64,000 nt of DNA from Octopus sinensis (GCF_006345805.1 NC_043010.1:65968001-66032000), one strand, 5' to 3'. Numbered from the stretch's first letter, positions 1 to 34,089 are shown. A program made the numbers and translations. The notes: a model not told the origin generated them from the sequence alone.

Positions 1-9
1 TATATACAT

Positions 10-60
<51 letters not shown>

Positions 61-64
61 TATT

Positions 65-844
65 AGGTGTGATCAATAAGTATCCGGACTGTTACCATAG
101 TAACAAAGGAAGGTGTGAAGCATGTGATCGTCGCATGGACCATGACAGAGAAAGTTATCATAGTGATACCTGCTCAGAGGCCTACGCAAGGTTGCAGAAA
201 GTGTATGGAGGCGAGTGTATGAGCCGAACACAAGTGTACAAATGGTTCAGGTGTTTCCAAGATGGCCAAAAAATATGTCGATATTGAGGAACGTTCTGGG
301 AGACCCGCAACCAGCAGAACTGGGAAAAACATCACAGATGTACATGCAGCTGTGAGGGGAAATCATCAAATCAACATCTGTGAGTTATCAGAGGATGAGT
401 AGATTAGTTGCGGTTCAGTTCAGTCCACTGTCACAGAATATTTGAGTATGAGACACGTGTCTTCCAAGTTTGTGCAAAAAACTGTTTTCAGCTGACCAAA
501 AAGACACTCGGGTTTCAGTTGCACAAGATCTCCTTGACGGTACTAAAAATGCTGAAAATTTTTTGAAAATTTTTCATAGGCCTCTGAGCAGGTATCGCCA
601 AGCTTTTGGCAGAATTTGATGCAGGTTCTCTGCTCAACTTTCTCTATCATGGTCAATGTGATGATCACACACTACACACCTTTCTTCCAAGCACTGCTGT
701 AAATAGCAGAATTGAGCTAGAACGTTAAAACATAGTGCACATGCACAGCAGAGTTCAAGGTCAATCTGTGCCAAGCAGCTTCACTCTTTGTGCTTTAGCT
801 TCGTTATTATAGCAACAGTCTGGATACTTACTGATCAAGTCATG

Positions 845-845
<1 letters not shown>
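65..845 (+). mobile_element. internally deleted mariner (Tc1/mariner) element
   Basis: Imperfect TIRs tgatcaataagtatccggactgtt and aacagtctggatacttactgatca; broken transposase N-terminal HTH (LQKVYGGECMSRTQVYKWFRCF...ERSGRP). Confidence 0.85.
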
Positions 846-915
<70 letters not shown>

Positions 916-920
916 GTATA

Positions 921-1305
921 ATCAAGTAAGAAAATGGTGAGATTTAATGGAAATAGATAAATTTATTTATGAATTAACATTTCCTACAATTGTTTCGATT
1001 TACACTCAATACAAATTACATATACACTTTATTTCATTATTATATTTAAATAAAATTATTAATGCACACACAAATAACCAAACATACTTCCATCTCCTTA
1101 GTCTGCTGGAGTATCTCAACCAATCAGCATGTAGCTTCCTTAATGTCCTTTCACACTGATGATATTTTGTTCTAAATCTTCAAAATGTGAACTTATTTTA
1201 TTCTACATGTTTGTAATTTGTATTGAGAGTAAATCGAAACAATTGCAGGCAATGTTAATAAATAAATTAATTCATACCCATTAACTCTCTCCATTTTCTT
1301 TCTTG
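921..1305. repeat. foldback element with about 100-bp inverted arms (Penelope-terminus-like)
   Basis: 921-1020 is the imperfect reverse complement of 1212-1305; contains CTGATGA and GAAACAATTG hammerhead-like remnants. Confidence 0.6.
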
Positions 1306-1318
1306 ATAATATTTGATA

Positions 1319-1695
1319 CTAGCAGTATAGTCCGGCATTGCTCAGGTTTGTTTTGACCCTTTAGAATTGAAATTTTTGAAAAGTGAAAATTTTGCATTAT
1401 GTAGCTTGATATTCTCTTTAAGTGAACATTTTTCTGCTGGAAATACACCGTAAAATGGCGTCACAGCAGTCAATAAATTGTAAAAAATAGGGATTTTCAT
1501 AGGAAAAAAAGCACCTTTTTGATGTAAATAATTTTTGGTCTCAACATGGTCTGATTTGAATTTTTTCAAGCCTTCTTCTATCATGCTCTCAATTATGGTC
1601 AACTTGCGCCACAGGGTCTCGGAGGAGATAGTGTTAGTTGAAGGCTACCAAACCTGCCACACACACACAGACAAGTTCAGCTTTATATACATAGA
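1319..1695 (-). mobile_element. non-autonomous Helitron
   Basis: On the minus strand it starts a|TCTATGTATATAAAG and ends with a degenerate GC hairpin and CTAG|t, inserted between A and T. Confidence 0.7.
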
Positions 1696-1834
1696 TTTAT
1701 AATATATTTATTGAAGGGATATTTCTTAACAATATAATATATTAAACCAGTGTAACGTAGATGGAACCATCCCTATAAGAGGTGTGTATGTGTATGTGTG
1801 TGTCTTTCTAATTGTTCTTTATTTCTCTGTCCAG

Positions 1835-22238
<20,404 letters not shown>

Positions 22239-22308
22239 TCAGTGATCCAGTGACCCATGGCCAACCAGAACTATTTTCTTGTAACTTAACAAAAACTAGC
22301 AAAGTCAC

Positions 22309-22318
22309 AATAAATAAA
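22309..22318 (+). terminator. candidate polyadenylation signal (two overlapping AATAAA)
   Basis: AATAAATAAA about 70 nt after the stop codon; the motif is common in AT-rich DNA. Confidence 0.35.
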
Positions 22319-22529
22319 ACAAGCAATCGGTGGCTGTACAAATATATTTTCCTGTAGCTTAAAAAATAGTGGATTCATAATAAACCACTGACCAGTGGTC
22401 GTTCAAATATATTTTCTTGTAACTTAACAGATTTAATTGATACAGAAATAAATTATTGACTGATGTTCTTTTTTTGTCTTTGGCTTTTGTTACTTGCTTG
22501 TTTTTATAAGTAGAATAATGGTGAGGTGA

Positions 22530-23935
22530 TAACGGTGGTGGTGGTGGTGGTGGGTGTGATGGTGTGGTGAGGTAGTGGTGGTGGTGTGGTGGTGGTGGTG
22601 ATGGGGGGTTGGGTTGTTGGTGGTGGTGGGGGTTGTGGTATTGGTGGGGTGATGGTGGTGGTGGTGTGGGGGGTAGTGGGTGGTGGTGGGGGGTTGTGAT
22701 AGTGATTGATAGTGGTGGTGTGTAGATGGTGGTGGTGGTGGTGGGGGGGTGATTGGGTGGGGTGGGTGTTTGTGGTGGTGGGGGTATTGGTGGTGTGGTG
22801 GTGGTGGTGGTTGGTAGTGGTGGTGGGTTGTGATAGTGATTGATAGGGTGGTGGTGGTGGTGGTGGTGGTGGTGGTGGTGGTGTGGTGTGGTGATTGGGT
22901 GTGGTGTGGTTGTTGTGGTGATGGGGGGTGTTGGTGGTGATGGTGGTGGTGGTGGTGTAGTGGTGGTGGTGTGATAGTGATTGATAGTGGTGGTGATGGT
23001 AGTGGTGGTGGTGGTGGTGGTGGTGATTGGGTGGGTGTGGGTTTGTGTGGTGATGGGGGTATGTATGGTGGTGATGGTGGTGGTGGTAGTGTGGTGTGGT
23101 GGGGTGTGATAGTGATTGATAGTGGTGGTGATGGTAGTGGTGGTGGTGGTGGTGGTGGTGGTGATTGGGGGGGTGGTTGTTTGTGGTGATGGGGGTATTG
23201 TGGGTGATGGTGGTGATGGTGGTGGTGGTGGTGTGTGTGGTGTGATAGTGATGATAGTGGTGGTGATGTAGTGAGTGGTGGTGTGGTGGTGGTGGTGGTG
23301 GTGGTGGTGGTGGTGGTGGTGATTGGGTGGGTGTGGGTTGTTTGTGGTGATGGGGGGGTATTGGTGGTGATGGGTGGTGTGGTGGTAGTGGTGGTTGTGG
23401 TGTGTTTGATAGTGATTGATAGTGGTGGTGATGGTAGTGGTGGTGGTGGTGGTGGTGGTGATTGGGTGGGTGTGGGTTGTTTGTGGTGATGGGGGTATTG
23501 GTGGTGGTGGTGGTGGTGGTAGTGGTGGTGGGTGTGATAGTGATTGATGGTGGTGGTGGTGGTGGTGGTGGTGGTGGTGATTGGGTGGGTGTGGGTTGTT
23601 TGTGGTGATGGGGGTATTGGTGGTGATGGTGGTGGTGGTAGTGGTGGTGGGTGTGATAGTGATTGATAGTGGTGGTGATGGTAGTGGTGGTGGTGGTGGT
23701 GGTGGTGATTGGGTGGGTGTGGGTTGTTTGTGGTGATGGGGGTATTGGTGGTGATGGTGGTGGTGGTAGTGGTGGTGGGTGTGATAGTGATTGATGGTGG
23801 TGGTGATGGTAGTGGTGGTGGTGGTGGTGGTGGTGATTGGGTGGGTGTGGGTTGTTTGTGGTGATGGGGGTATTGGTGGTGATGGTGGTGGTGGGTGTGA
23901 TAGTGATTGATGGTGGTGGTGATGGTAGTGGTGGT
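22530..23935. repeat. GT-rich compound minisatellite, about 120-130 bp unit, about 11 copies
   Basis: Marker gtgatagtgattgat...gattgggtgggtgtgggttgtttgtggtgatgggggtatt recurs; source of the three long H/P/T ORFs. Confidence 0.9.
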
Positions 23936-24432
23936 CGAGGTGGTGGCAGCGGCGTTGGTGGTGGCGGCAGCAATGGTTACGATAGTGACTGATGGTGGTG
24001 GTGTTGGTGGTGGTGGTGGAGGTGGTGGTGGTGGTGTTGATGATGAAGATGATGATGGTATTCTCAACCCTAGTAAGAAACAAGGAAGATTAGCGAAAAC
24101 AAAATGAAAGCCAAGGTTCTCCCCCCCCCCACCCCCGCACCCAGACCTGCACCCTCACCGCCACCCCCACCCACCCGTCTAACCCCCCCCCTCATTGTCC
24201 TACGTAGCACTGCTATAACATCTTTGCCCTCTTTCTTCTTGGTCTAACTCTTGGCTGACATTCACTTAGGATGACATTTCACTTGCTTCTCTCTCTCTCT
24301 CACTCTCTTTTTCTCTCTCTTTCTCTCTTCCTATCTCCCTATCTCTCCTTCTTGCTCTTTCACTCCATCTAACTATCCATTTCCATTCTCTAACACATAT
24401 TTGGACACTGATATATATACATATATATATAC

Positions 24433-24481
<49 letters not shown>

Positions 24482-24711
24482 CACATACACACACACACAC
24501 ATACACATATATATATATACATATATACACATATATGTGAATGTGTGTGCGTGCATGCAAGTGTGCGTGTGTAGATAGACAAATATAGATATATATATAT
24601 AGAGATACATACATACCTAAAGTATGTATGTGTCCATGTGTGTGTGTATATGTGTGTGTATGTGTATATATGTGTGTGTGTGTATAGATATAGATATGTA
24701 TGTATGTGTAT

Positions 24712-24742
<31 letters not shown>

Positions 24743-24845
24743 TACACACACACATATATACACACACACATACATACATACATACATATATACAAACATA
24801 CATACACACATACACGCATACATACACGCATACATATACGCATAC

Positions 24846-24878
<33 letters not shown>

Positions 24879-25037
24879 CATACATATATATATATACACA
24901 CACGCACATATATACCAAGGAAGCCATTAAAGATAATGAGAAGGAACAAACAATTAGAAGTTAAATATCTTGTCTTTTGTTATTGAGGTGGTGGTGGTGG
25001 TGGTGGTGGTGGTGATGGTGGTGGTGGTGGTGGTGGT

Positions 25038-25068
<31 letters not shown>

Positions 25069-25658
25069 TTTCTAGTGACCGAGCAAAGGGTATTGGTGTT
25101 GCTGTTACTACTGGTATTGGATGTGGTTGTGGTTGTGATGATGATGGTAATGGTGGTGGGTGTTGGTGATAATTGTGATGGCAGAAGTGTAGTGGTGGTG
25201 GTGGTGTGGTGGTGGTGGTGGTGGTAGTGGTGGCAGCGGCAACGGTTGTGGTGGCGGTGGTGGCAGTAGCAGTAGTTCTGGTTGTAGCGGTAGCAGCAGT
25301 GAGAGTAGTGTTAGTGATGGTGGTAGCCATTCTATGGTGGGGGACCTGTAGCACCCAGTTAACTTGTTGCACATCGTAAGGCACAGTTGTGTGGTTAAGA
25401 AGCCTGCTCTGCAAGAGAGATGGTTTGGGGTTCAGTTCCACTCCGTGGCACCTCAACGCAAGTGTTTTTCAATCAAAACCTTGTGAGTGGATTCATAGAT
25501 GGAAACTGAAAGAAGCCTATTGTATATACATGGGTGTATGTACGTATGTATGTGTATATGCATACATGCATGTATATATATGTATGTGTGTATGTATGTA
25601 TGCATGCATGTATCTGTATGCCTGTATGTATAATGTATGTATGTATGTATGTATATAT

Positions 25659-25701
<43 letters not shown>

Positions 25702-25739
25702 TATATATATTATATATATATAATTTATTATATAGAAGG

Positions 25740-25790
25740 AGCTTCTACAGGACTAGAACTGTTTCATTCAAGAGAAATCTTCAGGAAGCT
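25740..25790 (-). ncRNA. type I hammerhead ribozyme motif
   Basis: Minus strand reads AGCTTC CTGAAGA tTTC tctt GAAt GAAA CAG ttctagtc CTG TA GAAGCT: 6-bp stem I, 4-bp stem III, GUA triplet; U-U mismatch at the base of stem II. Confidence 0.65.
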
Positions 25791-25934
25791 AGTTAACAAG
25801 AATTGTATTGGCATTTATACATTTAGGCAGGTTTATAGGGGTGGTGGTGGGGGACTTTTTGGGGGTAGGCATAGCGCAAAGTACCTTATTGAGTACCTTA
25901 TTTACTGTGGTTAACCCCGAATCAACCCGGGACC

Positions 25935-26016
<82 letters not shown>

Positions 26017-26252
26017 ATATGCACACACACATACACACACACACACATACACATATATATACATATATACACATATATGTGAATGTGTGCGCGTGCATGC
26101 AAGTGTGCGTGTGTAGATAGACAAATATAGATATATATATATATATAGATACATACATACCTAAAGTATGTATGTGTCCATGTGTGTGTGTATATGTGTG
26201 TGTATGTGTATATATGTGTGTGTGTGTATAGATATAGATATGTATGTATGTG

Positions 26253-26284
<32 letters not shown>

Positions 26285-26392
26285 CATATATACACACACA
26301 CATATTACACACACACATAATACATACATACATATATACAAACATACATACACACATACACGCATAACATACACGCATACATATACGCATAC

Positions 26393-26425
<33 letters not shown>

Positions 26426-27195
26426 CATACATATATATATACACACGCACATATATACCAAGGAAGCCATTAAAGATAATGAGAAGGAACAAACAATTAG
26501 AAGTTAAATATCTTGTCTTTTGTTATTGAGGTGGTGGTGGTGGTGGTGGTGGTGGTGGTGGTGGTGGTGGTGGTGGTGGTGGTGATGGTGGTGGTGCTGT
26601 TTCTAGTGACCGAGCAAAGGGTATTGGTGTTGCTGTTACTACTGGTATTGGATGTGGTTGTGGTTGTGATGATGATGGTAATGGTGGTGGGTGTTGGTGA
26701 TAATTGTGATGGCAGAAGTGGTAGTGGTAGTGGTGGTGGTGGTGGTGGTGGTAGTGGTGGCAGCGGCAACGGTTGTGGTGGCGGTGGTGGCAGTAGCAGT
26801 AGTTCTGGTTGTAGTGGTAGCAGCAGTGAGAGTAGTGTTAGTGATGGTGGTAGCCATTCTATGGTGGGGGACCTGTAGCACCCAGTTAACTTGTTGCACA
26901 TCGTAAGGCACAGTTGTGTGGTTAAGAAGCCTGCTCTGCAAGAGAGATGGTTTGGGGTTCAGTTCCACTCCGTGGCACCTCAACGCAAGTGTTTTTCAAT
27001 CAAAACCTTGTGAGTGGATTCATAGATGGAAACTGAAAGAAGCCTATTGTATATACATGGGTGTATGTACGTATGTATGTGTATATGCATACATGCATGT
27101 ATATATATGTATGTGTGTATGTATGTATGCATGCATGTATCTGTATGCCTGTATGTATATATGTATGTAAGTAAATGTATATCTATTTATCTATC

Positions 27196-27241
<46 letters not shown>

Positions 27242-27250
27242 TATAGAAGG

Positions 27251-27301
27251 AGCTTCTACAGGACTAGAACTGTTTCATTCAAGAGAAATCTTCAGGAAGC
27301 T
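27251..27301 (-). ncRNA. identical copy of the 25740 hammerhead motif (within the duplication)
   Basis: same 51 nt. Confidence 0.65.
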
Positions 27302-27445
27302 AGTTAACAAGAATTGTATTGGCATTTATACATTTAGGCAAGTTTATAGGGGTGGTGGTGGGGGACTTTTTGGGGGTAGGCATAGCGCAAAGTACCTTAT
27401 TGAGTACCTTATTTACTGTGGTTAACCCCGAATCAACCCGGGACC

Positions 27446-27483
<38 letters not shown>

Positions 27484-27580
27484 GTATATATATATGTATG
27501 TATATATATATGTATATATTTATGTATATATATATATGTATATATGAGGCTGACGTGCTGCCTACTGTGCTATATGTATG

Positions 27581-27718
<138 letters not shown>

Positions 27719-28379
27719 GAGGGCACATGGCCTAGTGGTTAGAGTGTTGTATTCACGATCACAAGATCGTGGTTTCAATTCCTAGACCGGGAGGAGTGTT
27801 CTGTTCTTGAGCAAGACACTTCACCTCACGTTGCTCTGTGATCACTTCGACACTTGGCACATGGCACACTGTGCACCTGTTCAAACAACATCGATTTGAT
27901 GGAGGGAATGAACTAAAGTATGCATGTAGGCATGTATGTATAGCCATGCATTTGATCCACTACAGACAAATCATACATCATCTTCATCAGGAGAGTTCAC
28001 CATATAAGTATGTATATACTGTGTTTGTGTGTGTGTATGATGCTGTCTTCTTGTCTTCACACTGCGATATCCAACTATCGCCTTCATGTGAGCATGGTCC
28101 TGTGTTTTCAATCCTCTGTGAAAACATGTCTGGCCTTGGAGTAAATATCACCTTGCTTGAAAACAGACGAGGGTTGGTGACGGAAAAGGCATTCAGCCGT
28201 GGAAAATACACCTCAACAAAATCCCTGCAACCCATGCTGGCATGGTGGCAGCGATGATATACCCTTCTGAAGAGGCGGACTGAGGGGAGTTAATGGTAAC
28301 CGGGTAAACACAACACAAAAACTTCAAAATAGGTATGGATCAGGAAGGTTGCTGGCACATCCAAAGAAATATAAGAATA

Positions 28380-28700
28380 ACTTGATTGGTTTTATACTAT
28401 AGCTATCATCAGAATACAAGAATATAAGAACATCTTAACCAGATTTATACTACAGCTATTATCAGAATATAAGAATATCTTAACCAGATTTATACAACAG
28501 TTATCACCAGAATACAAGAATATAAGAATATCTTAACTGGCTTTATACTACAATTATTATCAGAATATAAGAATATAAGAATATCTTAACCAGCTTTATA
28601 CTACAGATATCATCAGAATATAAGAATAACTCGACTGGCTTTATACTAGAGCTATCATCAGAATATAAGAATATAAGAATGTCTTGAGTGGTTTTTATAC
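28380..28700. repeat. degenerate 44-53 bp tandem repeat (atcagaatataagaatatcttaaccagatttatactacagct), about 6 copies
   Basis: direct reading. Confidence 0.8.
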
Positions 28701-29864
28701 CAGTTGGGGTTAAATATGGAGAGGAATGGGCTCTACCCCCTCTAAAAATACCCAAGACAACTCCATATATCACAACAGTGCCCTTATGATCCCAACAAAG
28801 ACTTGAGGGTGCAAGGCAAAACGTGTTCTTATTTAGCTCTAGGTCAACCCAGATATATGATCAAAGATATTCCAGTCATGACCACCCCAACTTTTTCCTG
28901 TGTGCAAGCAACCAAGACCGTATCATCCAACATATTCATTTCTAAAACAATAAGACAGTGATTCAAGGTGGCAGAAACATTAGCACGCCGGGCAAAATGC
29001 TTAGCAGTATTTCGTTTCTTTACGTTCTGAGTTCAAATTCTGCAATGGTCAACTTTGTCTTTCATCCATTTGGGGTCAATAAATTAAGTACCAATTACAT
29101 ACTGGGGTCGATCTAATTGATTGGTCTCCTCCCCACAAAATTTCAGGCCTTGTACCTAGAGTAGAAAAAAAATAGTAAGGCAGTGATTATCAACCTGGGT
29201 CCACATGGCCCTTATAGGGCCCACTTAAGATTTTGTTGTTAAAATTTGTGCAATAAGTTTATACTTCTGCAATACACAAAATATATAAATTTTTTATATA
29301 TAATTCCTGATAATATCTCATTATAAAAATACAATAAATTCTTTTTTTTTCTTGCCTCTCAACCACATGGTTCTTGGTTCAGTTCCATTGGATGGCACCT
29401 TGGGCAAGTGTCTTCTACTATAGCTTCAGGTTGACCAAAGCCTTGTGAATGGATTTGGTAGACGAAAACTGAAAGAAGCTTCTGTAAAAAGCATCATCCA
29501 AACATGATCGATGCCAGGTCCACCTGACTGGTTTCTGTGCCGATGGTATGTAAAAAGCACCATCCGAACATGGTCGATGCCAGTACCCCTAAGTGGCCCC
29601 CACCACTGCCAGTGGCATGTAAAAAGCACTATCCAAATGTGATCGATACTAGTACCCTCTGACTGGCTCCTGTGCCGGTGACATGTAAAAACCACCCACT
29701 AGACTCTCAGAGTGGTTGGCGTTAGGAAGGGCGTCCAGCTGTAGAAACATTGCCAGATCAGATCGGAGCCTGGTGCAGCTGCTGGCTCTCCAGACCTCAG
29801 TCAAACCATCCAACCCATGGTAGCATGGAAAACGGATGTTAAACGATGATGATGATAATGATAT

Positions 29865-29910
<46 letters not shown>

Positions 29911-30660
29911 TATGTTATATATATATATGTATATCTGCATGTGCTTGACCACCACCACCACCACTTGACAACTAGTGTTGGTATGTTTACGTCCCAGTAA
30001 CTTAGCAGTGCAGCAAAAGAGACCAACAGAGTAAGTACTAGGCTTAAAAATAAATCCTGGGGTCAATTTGTTCAACTAAAACCCTTCAAAGCAGTGCTCC
30101 AGCATGGCTGCAGTCAAATGACAGAAACAAGTAAAAAGAAAAACAAGTAGACAAAAAATGGTTAGGTGCAGGCGTGGCTGAGTGGTAAGTAGCTTGCTTC
30201 CCAACCACATGGTTCCAGGTTCAGTCCCAGTGCATGGCATCTTGGGCAAGTGTTTTCTACTATAGCCTCGGGTCGACCAAAGCCTTGTGAGTGGATTTGG
30301 TAAATGGAAACTGAAAGAAGCCCATTGTATATATATGTCGGGTGGGGGTGTTTGTGTATCTGTGTTTGTCTCCGCCACCATCGCTTGACAACCGATGTTG
30401 GTGTGTTTATGTCCCCGTAGCTTAGCAGTTCGGCAAAAGTGACCGATAGAATAAGTACTAGGCTTACAAAGAATAAGTCCTGGGGTCGATTTGTTCGACT
30501 AAAGGCGGTGCTCCAGCATGGCCACAGTCAAACAGCTGAAACATGTAAAAGAATAAAGGAATCCCTGCAGGCAAGTGTAATCTTAGCTGCTATTTCTAGC
30601 TGGTTGGGCAACCACATAGTGACTCCTTCATTAGCTTAAGTTATTAGTGGTGGTAGAAGT

Positions 30661-31220
30661 CATGTTGTTGTTGTTTTAGCCCTAGGTCATTCTTGATTGA
30701 GTAGACACTTATGATTAAAGACATTCCACTTGTGACCATCACATCTTTTAATGCATGTTCTTGTTGTTTTAGCCCTAGGTCATTCTTGATTGAGTAGACA
30801 CTTATGATTAAAGACATTCCACTTGTGACCATCACATCTTTTAATGCATGTTGTTGTTGTTTTAGCCCTAGGTCATTCTTGATTGAGTAGACACTTATGA
30901 TTAAAGACATTCCACTTGTGACCATCACATTCTTTAATGCATGTTGTTGTTGTTTTAGACCTAGGTCATTCTTGATTGAGTAGACACTTATGATTAAAGA
31001 CATTCCACTTGTGACCATCACATCTTTTAATGCATGTTGTTGTTGTTTTAGCCCTAGGTCATTCTTGATTGAGTAGACGCTTATGGTTAAAGACATTCCA
31101 CTTGTGACCATCACATCTTTTAATGCATGTTGTTGTTGTTTTAGCCCTAGGTCATTCTTGATTGAGTAGACGCTTATGGTTAAAGACATTCCACTTGTGA
31201 CCATCACATCTTTTAATGCA
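30661..31220. repeat. 93-bp tandem repeat, 6 near-identical copies
   Basis: Units start at 30661, 30754, 30847, 30940, 31033 and 31126. Confidence 0.95.
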
Positions 31221-31329
31221 CAATTACAATATCCAATTATCTAAGATGCTAGGATATCATTTGAGGTAGATTCGGTCAGTATTTCTAGCAGTTTGAGAGA
31301 GAGAGAGAGACCAAAATGAGTTCGCCTTT

Positions 31330-31904
31330 CGTGATGATGGCGGTGGTGGTGGCAGAGGCGAAGGCGGCAGCGGCGATGGTGGAAACAGTAGTGGTAGAAA
31401 CCATGGTGATGGTGGTGGCGGCGGCGGCGGCGGTGGTGGTGGTGGTGATAATAACTGGGTATGTGATGGAGACAACAGCAGCAATATTTGGGTGGCGGTC
31501 GGTACCTCTCTTTGGCCTTGTTGTTGTTGCTGTTGCTGTTGTTGTTGTTGTTGTTTGGCAGTGGTGTCAGACTTATAGTAGAAGTGTGGAGGTAGCAGGG
31601 GTGGTGGTGGTGGTGGTGGTGGGGAGGGAGGGAGAGAAAGAAGAGGAGATGATAATGTTAATAACAGAGATATTAAAGAAACAGGAGTGACGATGGTAAT
31701 GGTGGTGGTGGATGGTGGTGGTGGTGGTGGTGGCAGTGGTGGTGGTGGCGGTAATGACAACAACGATGATGATGGTAATGATGAAGACGACGACGACGAT
31801 GGTGATAGTGGTGGTGGTGATGGTGATGGTGATGGTGATGGTAGTAGTAATAGTGCTGCAACTGCGAATAATGTTGTTAGAGGTAGTGGTGGTGGCGGTA
31901 ATAC

Positions 31905-31955
<51 letters not shown>

Positions 31956-32450
31956 CAGCAAGCAGCAGCAGTAGCAGTAGTAGCAGCCGCAGCAGTAGTG
32001 GTGGTGGTGGTGGTGGTGGTGGTAGTGGTAGTGGTGATGGTAGTGGTGATGGTGTTGGTGGTAGTGGTGGTTGTGGTGGTGGTGGTAGTGGTGGTTGTGG
32101 TGGTGGTGGTAGTAGTAGTTGTGGTGGTGGTTGTGATTGTAGTAGTGGTAGTGATAGTAGTAGTAGTAGTAGTAGTAACTGCAGCAGCAGCAACCGCAGC
32201 AGTGGTGATGATGGACGTGGTGGTGGTGAGGATGGTGGTGGTGGTGAGGATGGTGGTAGTGGTGGTGGTGGTGGTGGTGGTGGTGAGGATGGTGGTAATG
32301 ACAATGATGAGGATGATCAAGTTGATGACGATGATCAAGTTGATGACGATGATGGCAACGACTATGACAACGACGACGACGATGATGCTGATGATGACGA
32401 CGATGACGATGACGATGACGATGATGATGATGATGATGATGATGATGGAA
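31330..32450. repeat. mixed trinucleotide low-complexity tract (GGT/AGT/GAT/GAC)
   Basis: direct reading. Confidence 0.9.
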
Positions 32451-33129
32451 CATATGGTTGCTGGTGGGTGAAGGAGGCAGCAGGTTAGCAGAAGCTACCA
32501 ACATCCTGGTTTCTGCTGCCATTTAAAGATAAGAGAAGCTTTTGTTCCATCAAGCATATTTAACTTTACTTATTTATTGTACCATCATCATCATCATCAT
32601 CATCATTATTATTATCATTATTGTTATTGTTATTGTTATTATTATCATAGCAGTGAATGGCAGAGCGATGGGTGGGGTGGGGTGGAGTGTCTGTCCTGTC
32701 CAGGGGAGGTGGGTGGTGGTGGGTGGTGGGGTGGCGACGATGGTGAAACACAAAATGTCTTTGCTTATTGCCTGGTTTCCTGTTTGGTTGCTATGACATT
32801 ACTTTTTTTACATTATACCCCAAGTTCAAACCTTACTAGGAACTGACTTCTACACTGTACCGTTCTGGGACCAGATAAATAAGAAGTGCCAATGAAATAC
32901 TGGGGTTCAATACTTATTTCTATATTGCCCACAAGGGGCTAAACATAGACGGGACAAACAAAGGGATTAAGTCATTTACATAAACCCTAGTGCGTAACTG
33001 GTACTTTATTTAATCGACCGCCAAAAGGATGAAAGGCAAAGTCGACCTCGGCGGAATTTGAACTCAGAACATGAAGACGGATGAAATACCTATTTCTTTA
33101 CTACCCACAAGAGGCTAAACATAGAGAAT

Positions 33130-33450
33130 GAGGGCGCGTGGCTTAGTGGTTAGGGCATTCGGCTCATGATCGTAAGGTTGTGAGTTCGATTCCCGGCGAC
33201 GATTGTGTCCTTGAGCAAGACACTTTATTTCACGTTGCTCCAGTCCACTCAGCTGGCAAAAATGAGTTGTACTTGTATTTCAAAGGGTCAGCCTTGTCAC
33301 TCTCTGTGTCACGCTGATTATCCCCGAGAACTACGTTAAAGGTACACGTGTCTGTGGAATGCTCAGCCATTTGCACATTAATTTCACGAGCAAGCTGTTC
33401 CGTTGATCGTATCAGCTGGTACCCTCGTCGTCGTAACCGGCGGAGTCTTT
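33130..33450 (+). mobile_element. family C SINE nested in a family B SINE, with target-site duplication aaacatagaga
   Basis: TSD at about 33117 and 33454; the host SINE continues on both sides. Confidence 0.85.
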
Positions 33451-33990
33451 AAAAAACATAGAGAGGACAAACGGATTAAGTTGATTATATCAACCCCAGT
33501 GCACAACTGGTACTTATTTAATTGACCCCGAAAGGATGAAAGGTAAAGTCGACCTCAGCGGAATTTGAACTCAGAATGTAAAGACAGGCAAAATACCGCT
33601 AAGCATTTCGCCCGGCATGCTAACGTTTCTGCCAGCTCTCTGCCTTACTACCTAGGGATTCAATACTACCTATTAAACCCCTCAACTTTATAACTAGTCA
33701 ATAAAAGCTGGTAAAGGGACCTTCAAAGAACCTCTTGATAACAAGAAATAGAAGTCAAATCTCGCTATACTGAAATAAAGGAAGGAAGAGCAAGTTAGAC
33801 AATGTGGTCGTAGATATATATTCACCCTTTTGCATTTAATCTGACCAGGAGTGGCTGTGTGATAATTAGCTTGCTTACCAACCACATGGTTCCGGGTTCA
33901 GTCCCACTTATGGTACCTTGGGCAAGTGCCTTCTACTATAGCCTCGAGCCAACCAAAGTCTTGTGAGTGGATTTGGTAGACAGAAACTGA

Positions 33991-34089
<99 letters not shown>

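Larger units (their letters stand above)
24410..27450. repeat. tandem duplication of about 1.5 kb (about 24410-25935 and 25936-27450)
   Basis: Unique anchors repeat: aggaagccattaaagataat at 24918 and 26461; gggacctacata at 25929 and 27440. Confidence 0.92.

Noticed and set aside
22359-24083. Three long ORFs (574, 525 and 489 aa) rich in His/Pro/Thr
   Set aside because: All three minus frames are open because the (ACC)n-type minisatellite lacks stops; no protein signal.
30644-31207. 187-aa ORF with 31-aa repeats; also considered as a CRISPR-like array
   Set aside because: A perfect tandem 93-bp repeat with no unique spacers; the unit derives from a dispersed repeat.
31257-32522. 421-aa and overlapping homopolymeric ORFs
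   Set aside because: Translations of mixed trinucleotide microsatellites.
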